Source: Anthoceros angustus
Taxonomy: Eukaryota > Plantae > Anthocerotophyta
Assembly: GCA_010909165.1 (NCBI GenBank)
Contig: MU008159.1
Coordinates: 1,612,001-1,676,000 of the forward strand
Direction of reading: 5' to 3'
DNA length: 64,000 nucleotides
Below the pieces are notes generated by a model. The model had not been told where the DNA came from. It did not search any database and worked only from the letters and a program-made list of their open reading frames with translations. A program made the translations under genes and the position numbers. Of this stretch, positions 55,524 to 64,000 are shown piece by piece (the first letter of the stretch is position 1; each line of letters begins with the position of its first letter).

Positions 55524-56160
55524 GTGATGAGGTTCTACTTGGGCTTGGTCCAACCTCTAGCCTGTTCTCTCACGACCTGCAGTTGTGGTGCCCTTCTCAA
55601 CGACTCTAGGACCCACTTAGCTCGCTGTCCAATAAGTGGGCAGCGCTTTGCTACACTCGACACAGTCCGAGACCTCACGCTCTCATTGCCAGGGAGAGCA
55701 AATTCTTTCCTTTCAGAGAGCGCCCATATACTTTGTCTTATGGTGTATCTCTCAAAGCTGATCTATTTCTGACCGGGGGACTAGGTCTCTATTGCACATG
55801 TGGTTGTAACAGACCCTACTCGGGATACCGTATGCGAGCATGTCATCATCAACCCTCTGGGTTGGGTGGCGGAGGGAAGCGCTACAGTCAAGGTTCACAA
55901 ATACACCCCCATGCAGGAAGGCCATGATTTCATTCCCTTTGCTATTGAGACTCACGGGGCCATGGGCAAGGACTTCTCGAGGTTTATCAAGGCTTGTGCT
56001 AAAGCATACTACATCTGCAAGAATGAGGTAGGTCTCCCCCTTTCTTATGTGGTGGCTTTCTTCCGGCAACGAGTATCCGTTGCCTTGCAAAGGGCATTGG
56101 CAAACACAATTTTTAGGACAGCTTCGAGCGCGGGGAACGTAACATCTTTAGCTCCGGTGG
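55524..56160 (+). mobile_element. 3' fragment of an RLE-type non-LTR retrotransposon (CRE/NeSL/R2-like)
   Basis: CSCG..H..C zinc knuckle, then (frameshifted) KADL..VVVTDP..KVHKY..FIPFAIETHGAMG..RQRVSVALQR, the PD-(D/E)xK restriction-like endonuclease tail. Confidence 0.75.
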
Positions 56161-56164
56161 CTAG

Positions 56165-58300
56165 TGTAAAACTTTGCTAGAGAGCAAGGGTTTTCCAAAA
56201 CTGTGAATTGCTTAATTAATTACAAGTTGTACAAAGAGCGATTATAAAGTACATTGTCCAAGAGACGCAATTGTTAACTAGTTAACCCTTCGTTAAACCC
56301 TAAACTCTACACGAGTGAGCGAGTACGAGATCATGCTCATTCTTAACACTCCCTCTCGAGTGTGACGAGCCGGACAGGAGCGGTGTCCAATACCACCCTT
56401 CACGCGCCAAGGACTCCTTACGCTACCAAATCCCATAATTGCCTTAGTAGGCTCCAACTGCCGCCATGGCTGTTCATATAGCCACCTCTCTTGTTGTTCT
56501 GGAGCTCACCCTCTTTCTTGCCATCCAAAGCACACACCTAATTCTGAGATCAATCATGAAGACCAGGAGCGGGAAGGAGTACACAAGTCTACAAGCTGGT
56601 GGGCCGAGCCAGACGAAGAAAAAGCGCAGGAAATCCGAGCGGAATGGAGCCCCCGACCGCAACCCCGAAAGCAACCGAGAAAGGCTGTCTAGCGATTAGG
56701 AAGACCACGTCCACGTCGGGCAAGAGTTCATGTATGGGAGGCACAGGGTGAGCTTAAGCCTCAAAGTCAGCTGGCTTAGGCCTCATCCTAAAGAGGAACA
56801 AACGCCGCCTGCCCCTCTAACACTCGAGGAAGCACAAAAAGAAGCCAGCCTCATGGAATTGCTAGCTAACGCTAACAGACTGATGCATCCCCTAAGGTCT
56901 AGAGAGTAATTCAATCAATATGTCGGCAGCCAGGCAACTAGGTACTTGCTATGAGCTTCATCCGCCTGCTGCTGACTTCATCCACTTTCAGAGATACTAA
57001 CCCTCTTCTACGCTGTAGAGCACCACAAAGTCTAGCTGTCGGGGAGGAAGGGACAGAGATATGGCATCGACTTCATCATGCCACAACATGCTCCAACCTC
57101 CCAAACCCCCACCAAATAAGTTACTGCTCGAAGTAGGTTGTCAGGTCCTTCAACCCCAGCCCCTCCATATGATGATGGTGCTTATGTTTCGGCAGCGGTT
57201 TGGTTAGGATATCTGCTGTGTTCTATTATGTGTTCATGTAGCCAACCTTGATGACCCCTCTTTCCACAGCATCCCTAATGTAATGATGTTGTATCTCGAT
57301 ATGTTTAGTGCGAGCATAAAAACAAGGGTTAGCCATAAGGGCTAGTGCTGACATGTTATCACATAACAATGAGGTAGGTTCCTTTTGCTCATGACCCAAG
57401 TCCTTGAGAAAACTGCATTCCCATTCAACCTCCTTTGCTGCGTCTGTAAGCGACTTGTACTCAACCTCTATTGATGACATGGCTATGGACAACTATTTTT
57501 TACAGCTCCAGTTTACTACTGCAGAGGTGAACAGGAATCAATAACTCGATAGGCTTTTATGGGAATCTGAGTCGGAGGCCCAGTCGGCATCCGTGAAACC
57601 TCGCAAGGTAAGTTCCGAATCTCCACTTCCTCTGTACATCAAGCTATATTTGATCGTGCCCTTCAAACACCTAAATATCCTTTTCACAGCAACCTAGTGC
57701 ACTCGACCTGGGTTCTCTAAGAATTGTGATACTGTACAAAAAGCATATTGGATATCTGGTCTCATCCAGTTTGAAACGAAGATGAAACTGCCACTGCGTG
57801 CCTATAGGGCACGTCTCCATGTCCAGCTTATCTTCAACAAATTGCAGGCATTACAGTCTAGTCGACTTTACCCCCACTGCAGTAGGAGTAATAGCATGTC
57901 TGGCCTCATCCAGCTTGAACCTCTTGAGAATTTTTGTAACATACTTGTACTGTGGATCATGATAAGCATCTCGACCTATACGATCGGCTCTATGCACGAG
58001 CGAACGCAACTCTATGTCCTCCATTTTAATTCTTGTTCATCATTTGCTTGACTTTTGTGAGCCAACTTGTGTTGTTCGTCGCTGGAATAACATCGTTGAC
58101 GTACAACGCAAGAATCATGAAGGCATCTCCCTTGGTAAGCTTGTAGATGTTATATGCCTTAGCTTGTTCGCTATACCCTACGAAAAGTAGACTCTGTGCT
58201 CGAGGGTCTAATTTCCTCCTCTTTTTGGTTGGGATATAAGCGAAAGCTCGAGAGCCAAAGACCTGAAGGTGGAGATGTGAACTTGGATACCAGAGAGCAG
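56165..58300 (-). mobile_element. Ty1/copia remnant A (3' LTR 56165-56348, PPT, RNase H, internally deleted RT/integrase tail)
   Basis: PPT GAGAGGGAG followed by TGTTAAG; RNase H EVEY..CDNMSAL..RTKHIEIQHHYIRD; HLQVFGS..RKLDPRA..FVGYS fused to RT LALYVND. Confidence 0.9.
56466..56909 (+). pseudogene. Antisense extra ORF of copia A (TM helix + MKTRSG + basic patch), one in-frame TAG
   Basis: 148 codons with a TAG at 56697-56699 where the second copy has Trp. Confidence 0.65.
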
Positions 58301-59405
58301 ACTTCGTGGAAGAGGACAATTAACAATGAATAATGAATGTGCGAAATTGAGTAATAAGTCTTCTTATATACTACTATATATGTGACCTTCCATATATAAA
58401 TAACCCTAAACTAGATAAAGCCAGTCAAGTGTTGATTAACCTAATCTAACACCCCCCCTTAAGCTACACGAGCGGCATCATCAGGCTCTAAGCGCGTTCC
58501 TGTACAGGTGATCACGTTCTTAGTCACGAGGACCAGCTGCAAGTTATGCTCGGTGTGGTGCGCCACGGCAGCCAGCCTGCCTTTACGCCCAAGTGTGAAG
58601 TGCTTTAAGGAGATGGCCTTCCATCTAGCATTACATGTTGCCAACAGCTTCGCAATCCTCGAGCTTGCGCTGTTCCTGGTCATTCGATTGCTGCTGTGGG
58701 TCAACATGAGGACAAGGACCGGATGCGCCTATGCCCTTGAGGAGCCACTTGTGAAGCAAGCAAGAGGGAAGAAGAGAAAGCAAGCACCAAGCAAGAGAGT
58801 CGAAGATTGGGATGAGCAACACTCTGTCGGCGCCACATGTGTGTCTTGGTGGATACAAGATCAAGCTGTCCATCAAACTCCTTTGGAGAAAACCAAGGTC
58901 AGCAGAAGAAGCTGGAGAGGAGACACTCCAGGAGAATGCTGCAGATGAGGACACCCTCCTCATACCAATGAGGAAAAATGTCCAGATGCTTCAACGGCTT
59001 CGAGAGATGAGGGACCAGCAAATTTGATTAAAAAAAAATAGTTGTATCAGGTGATTAGAAAGTCGTGGAGCTTCATCCACCTATAACACCTGACCAGTCC
59101 TACCTACTGAGCTAATAGTATTGTGGTTGTGGTGTCCATGAAGAGCAGGAACAAATAATTCAAGACTTCCATCTTCACCCCCTCCCCCCAACACTCTCAC
59201 AGTAAGCGAGGTGTCTCCTAAGTAGCGTCTGTGAGCTTAGCCTTTAGATGGGGTTGATAATCTAACAGACCTAGACCTTCCATGTGTTTAAAGTGCTTGT
59301 CTTTGGGAAGTGTCTTGGTGAGGATGTGTGCTGTATTATCATCTGTGGGAACATATAAGATTTTGAGTATCCCCCTCTCAGCAGCATCTCTAACATCCCT
59401 ATTAG
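58301..59405 (-). mobile_element. Ty1/copia remnant B (truncated 3' LTR to 58451, PPT, RNase H C-terminus)
   Basis: PPT AAGGGGGGG followed by TGTTAG; VRDAAERGILKILYVPTDDNTAHILTKTLPKDKHFKHMEGLGL is homologous to the end of copia A. Confidence 0.85.
58613..59027 (+). pseudogene. Antisense extra ORF of copia B, one frameshift near 58840
   Basis: HVANSFAILELALFLVIRLLLWVNMRTRTG...KKRK...DWDEQHSVG / LGGYKIKLSIKLLWRKP aligns with the copia A antisense ORF. Confidence 0.65.
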
Positions 59406-59800
59406 AAAGGGCAGCCTATGTTACAGTCATTGTTGCAATTTATGTTACACTTCTAGATTGCAACATGCTTTGGAGGCTTGGTATTAAGTTGATCACTTTC
59501 TTTCTCATGTGGTGCCACCATCTTAACATGAACCTGGCTCTCTCTCCTACCACCTCGCCCTCATAATTACACCCCCTCTCTCACGAGCATTGTTTATGAT
59601 TTCCCGCATGCAATTACAACATGACTGCAACAAGGAGCCCCTTCTCTCTCCCCTATCATCCTCCTCTCTTTGTTACACCCCCTTTGGAGAACTATTTGTT
59701 TATGTTTCACCCTGCCCTTTTCATTACACCCTCTGTTGACAACTATTTGTTTATGTCGCCCATACCAAAACATCACTATAACATGGACTAGCAACTCTCA
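59406..59800 (-). mobile_element. Further LTR/PPT fragment with repeated PPT-like motifs
   Basis: Minus strand GAGAGAGGGGG-TGTAAT at about 59571-59582; repeated GGGTGTAA motifs and AACTATTTGTTTATGT direct repeats. Confidence 0.4.
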
Positions 59801-60376
59801 CATTTCCTTCCTACCTCATAACTTCACCATTGCTTTATCAATATTTTTACTTGACCATAGCTATTCAGGGGTTGAAGACTAATTTTTTTTGTTTCAACCA
59901 ATCCTACAATGATAATAAATGTGCATCCTTCCATTGTGCACTTATATCCATTATAAAGTACATGATATGTATATACTTATATGTAGATAAATATAGGGGA
60001 TACATATATGTAGATAAATATACATTATATTAATATTATTATATATTTATTATATAAAAAAATTAAGGTATAAATTACTTATTCATTCTAGCCACCAGCA
60101 TAACTTCTATCCCTTGCCCTAACCAAGTACTCCTATACGTATTCCATAATATTATGTTATAATGTATAATATTTTATTATTAATTACCTATTATATTAAG
60201 GTATAAATTACTTATCAATCGGGCCATCAATGCTGAACGTTAAAATTTAGGTTTAGCACCCATCAATACTCACTACTAGTGTAGACCGAGATCAAACCCT
60301 AAACTTCCTAGTTCTAAGAAATATCCCTTGACCAATCCACTATTTTAGTTGGAGCATTAAGATCCCGGGATTTATT

Positions 60377-63120
60377 TGTAAGAAATCTTTTGACCTAGAT
60401 ATAATATTATATCTAGGTCTTCTGCAAATAATATTATATCTAGGTCTTGACCTAGATATAATATTATTTGCCTATATCTAAGTTTGTGTGCGCAAGGAAG
60501 AGGAGGAGGAGGAGGAGGGAGAGAGGGAAAGAGAAAGAAAGAGGGGTGGGTAATCTCGAGTCCCAAATATGAGGAGGGCGAGAGGGAAGGAGGAGGAGAG
60601 AGGGAAAGAGAAAGAAAGAGGGGTGGGTAATCTCGAGTCCCAAATATGAGGAGGGCGAGAGGGAAGGAGGAGGAGGGGAAAAGCGGAAGGACAGTTGGGG
60701 GAGATTATAAGAAGTGTAAGGGTATTAAAGCCCAATGTACTTAGACTAATACACTTAGTCTAAGTTAGGTGTCAGTTAAGTATCATTAGTTTAGCTGAAG
60801 CTAATCACTAAGAAGCTTCTTGTGCTCCTTCCTAGTGGCTTCTTGTGGAGCTTTCTAGGGAACCCTGTTGGAGGGTATAAATACCCTCCAAGCCTTATCT
60901 CAATGTGAGAGAGTTACACTTCCCTCCTCCTCTCCTCGCCTCTTTCCACCATCATGTGCTGCCACAAGATCCTTCAACTGGTATCAGAGCCTTGGCTTGG
61001 TTGTGTTGTGATGTTAGAATTTTCTAGCTGCAGGGCTGGCAGCAGCTCGTGGAATTGCAGGTGATCCATATTGCGGCGAGGCCGCGCGGCGGCGCGGCGG
61101 CGAGGCCGTGGCGAGGCAAGGCCGCGGGCGCGAGCCCGTGTTCGCCGAGGCCTTGGCCGCGAGGCCGTGCGGACACGGGCGCGACGCGGGCGCGGGCAGC
61201 GGGGCCTTGGCCGCGGAGGCCGTGCGGACACGGGCGCGGGCAGCAGGCCGTGGCGAGGCCTGGCCGCGGAGGCCGTGCGGACAGCGAGGCCGTGGCGAGG
61301 CCGCGCGGCGCGGCAGCCGCGGCGGACACGGGCGCGGGCGCAGCAGGCGCGGCCGCGAGGCCTTGGCGCGGGCAGCGGGGCGCGGGCGTGGCGCGGCGCG
61401 GGCGCGTGGCGCGGCGCGGGGCGGGCGTGGCGCGCGCGACACCGGCCAGCGGGGCGCGGCGCGGGCGCGACGCGGGCGAGGCGCGGGGCGGCGCGACGCG
61501 GGCGCGACGCGGGCGCGACGCCGACGCGACGCGGGCGCGACGCGGGCAGCAGGCGCGGCGCGGCGTGGCGCGGGCGCGGCGCGGGCAGCGGGGCCATGGC
61601 GCGGGCGCGGGCGCGACGCGGGCGCGGGCGTGGCGCGGCGTGGCGCGGCGTGGCGCGGCGTGGCGCGGGCGCGGCGCGGGCAGCGGGCCGTGCGGACAGC
61701 GAGGCCGCGGGCGTGGCGCGGGCGTGGCGCGGGCGTGGCGCGCGAGCAGCCACCATGTGAGGACTCGTGCGGACAGCGAGGCCGTGCGGACAGCGAGGCC
61801 GCGCGGCGAGGTGAGCACGGGCGCGGAAGCGTCGCGGCGAGGCGCGGGCGCGGGGCGTCGCGGGCGCCCAAGAACCCGGCACCGAAATAATCGTGGGTGC
61901 CGAACGCCGGGCGGCGAGCAGAAAATTCGCCGAAATATTCAGCGGAATACTCCGGTGGAACAGTCAACGGCAAAATACACGGGCCGCACGGTGACTGTTT
62001 TCTTCTTTGACTTTTCTGACAAGGCGAGTCGAGTGTTTTATCTGTATCGATTTTTGAATCATGATGTCTTCATCATCAGAAAACGTCATGTTCAATATCG
62101 AGAAGTTAGATGGTACTAACTTCCCGTTCTGGAAAGAACAAGTGTATAATGTTCTAGTGCAGAAAAAGCAGATCAAGCCCATAAAGCTGTTAGGCGTCAA
62201 ACCGGATAGTATGACACAAGATGAGTGGAAGGACCTGGATGAGCTTGCTAGATCTACTATCATGCTAACATTGTCAAAAACAGTGTACTTCAATGTGAAA
62301 GATAAGACCACGAGTTCTGATGTGGCGGCATGTGACTGTATGAGAAGCAAAGTGCGGCTTCTCGGGTTTATTGGTTGAAAGTGGTGGACTTGAAGATGAA
62401 GGAAGGGACGAGGATGTCCGATCATCGAATGATTTCAATACCATTTTCAGACTCTCATCTCAAGGTATCACATTTCCAGTTAGTGAGAGCTATGTTTTGG
62501 TCACATTACGGAGAGTTGGGACACCTTTAAATGCACTCGAGTAATTACACTGCTAGTGGTCTTACCATTGTAAATGTAGAAGGTAGCACATTGGCGAGGA
62601 GGTGAGCAGGAAAAATATGGAACCTTCAAAAGGTTCCGGTGCCCTCATAGTGAGAGGGAGGTCCCTGCGAAGGGAAACAGCCGGACGAAGCTTTTCTCGT
62701 AGCAAATCTTGTAGTCGTAACAAGAATGTGGAGTGTCACTATTGTCACAAAGGGTCACTTCAAAAGAGAGTGCGAGAAGTTCAAAAGGACCAAGGAAAAG
62801 AGAAGCGGCGACAAGAAGGCGACTTGAATGTCGAGGTTGGAAGAGTTAAATTACATTGAGGACGGAGATGTCCTTATCTCTTCTTACTTGAATCTTTGCA
62901 CAATTAACGGTAGTGGATAGTCATTTATTACGCAATTGGATAATTGACTGCGGTGCATCTTTCCATGTTACTCCTCATAGAGTGGTTTAGCACGTATGAT
63001 GCTACAAGGAAAGGATGTGTTAGGCTTGGAAATAACTCGCATGCGGATCGCGGGCGTTGGTGATGTCTGACTCAAGTTTGACAACATGAGTCTTCCTTCA
63101 TCTTTGAAGGACATTAGAGC
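60377..63120 (+). mobile_element. Ty1/copia element (Tnt1/Tork-like), 5' part: LTR about 60377-60976, PBS, GC-rich leader, degraded gag-protease
   Basis: TGTAAG...TTCA LTR with TATAAATA; PBS TGGTATCAGAGC (tRNA-iMet) at 60979-60990; gag FNIEKLDGTNFPFWK..EWKDLDELARSTIML; zinc-knuckle remnant ECHYCHK; protease WIIDCGASFHVTP; truncated after LKDIR. Confidence 0.9.
61075..61870 (+). repeat. Extremely GC-rich low-complexity tract (CGCGG/CGTGG/GGCCG units) in the copia leader
   Basis: About 800 bp made almost entirely of G/C pentamer-like repeats. Confidence 0.9.
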
Positions 63121-64000
63121 AGCGTGCGAAGGGGTTTCTCCGAAACCCCTTTTGCTTCTGAGACGTTCGGACCCCTTTACGCACCGTCGGAAATCCGCAC
63201 TGGAATCAACCTTTTTGGTATTTCTCCCGACATGTCACCCGCAAACATTTCAATTATTGTTGCGATAAACGATATGTCACATTGTGCATCGGAATTACGA
63301 GGGAAAACCATCCAGAGACATTCACGATCAGCTTTTTCCTTCAGACTGGCCACGCTATTTGTGCACAAACTTGTGCGCGCACTCACATTTAAACAGTCTC
63401 CAACAGTTGACAACGGTCTATGTTTCTAGCTAGTTTGGCGAATGTTGTCTTTCCGTCCTCGGGACGACGATGTCATCGTTCTCTTGCAGCCGTTGCGGAT
63501 CGTAAATAGCAAGAGGAAGATATGGCGTTTCTCCACCTTGGGACTCGCCAAACCCAAACGTCTCCAGATGTTGGTTGTCCCAAGTAGGGTCGCTTTCTTC
63601 TGGTCTTAGCACTTCTTTCCTTCGGGTTCTTAGGGTTTTCGGACCTTTTTGCCATCTTTCTCCTTCTTCTTGGGGCCCCTGATTGACTCAAGTCTTGAAG
63701 GTCGATGGGTGCGCATGTTCCTTGAACCAAGTGTAGCGTTGCGGCCACAGGCTTAACCGATCTCCCTGCGCCATCTCTTTGGCAAAACCGGATGTCACGT
63801 TTGTGTGGTTTGGTGGTCAACTCTTCCTCGTCAGGAAACACTTCATGGCTGTAATACTGTTCGATGAATATTGTGCTCCTCTGTTCTTGGTCAACAATAC
63901 GGTTCCTCCCTTCGATAATGCATAAGTATTCCACTCCGCTTCCGAGCATCCATCTATAACCCATTCCCTCTTTACGTGAATAGGTCGTATAGCGGGACCA

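Noticed and set aside
58286-58292. TGGTATC on the minus strand as a PBS
   Set aside because: Only 7 nt match, and it lies within the coding remnant preceding HLQVFGS.
60974-62119. Six long Arg/Ala/Pro/Gly ORFs
   Set aside because: Stop-free by-product of a near-pure GC low-complexity tract.
63121-64000. Minus-strand ORFs after the copia truncation point
   Set aside because: Probably another TE fragment, but no motif I can assign; runs off the window.

Overview
Eukaryotic nuclear DNA from a gene-dense land plant with short GT-AG introns (mostly about 60-180 nt). A non-seed lineage such as a hornwort or lycophyte is likely, but that is inference. Genes from left to right: Integrator subunit 1 homologue (minus strand, runs off the window start), class II DAHP synthase, two tandem ABCC/MRP transporters plus an internally deleted third copy, Elongin C head-to-head with DDM1, a PAS/LOV (LLP/PLP) photoreceptor, a secreted single-domain DUF26/Gnk2 protein, GDP-L-galactose phosphorylase (VTC2/GGP) with its ACG-initiated uORF, and a plastid sigma factor. 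Mobile DNA includes a decayed hAT element with TIRs and TSD, two TA-flanked TIR elements, an RLE-type LINE fragment, several Ty1/copia remnants and a dispersed hairpin-rich repeat family. Main highlights: (1) the PLP photoreceptor gene lies about 7 kb from the gene for GGP, the enzyme PLP inhibits in angiosperms; (2) two diverged copia elements share an antisense ORF (transmembrane helix plus basic patch) between RNase H and the PPT; (3) an INTS1 homologue with a possible Pro/Ala- and EAR-motif N-terminal exon. Several frameshifts sit in homopolymers and may be assembly errors. Exon boundaries were read by eye.
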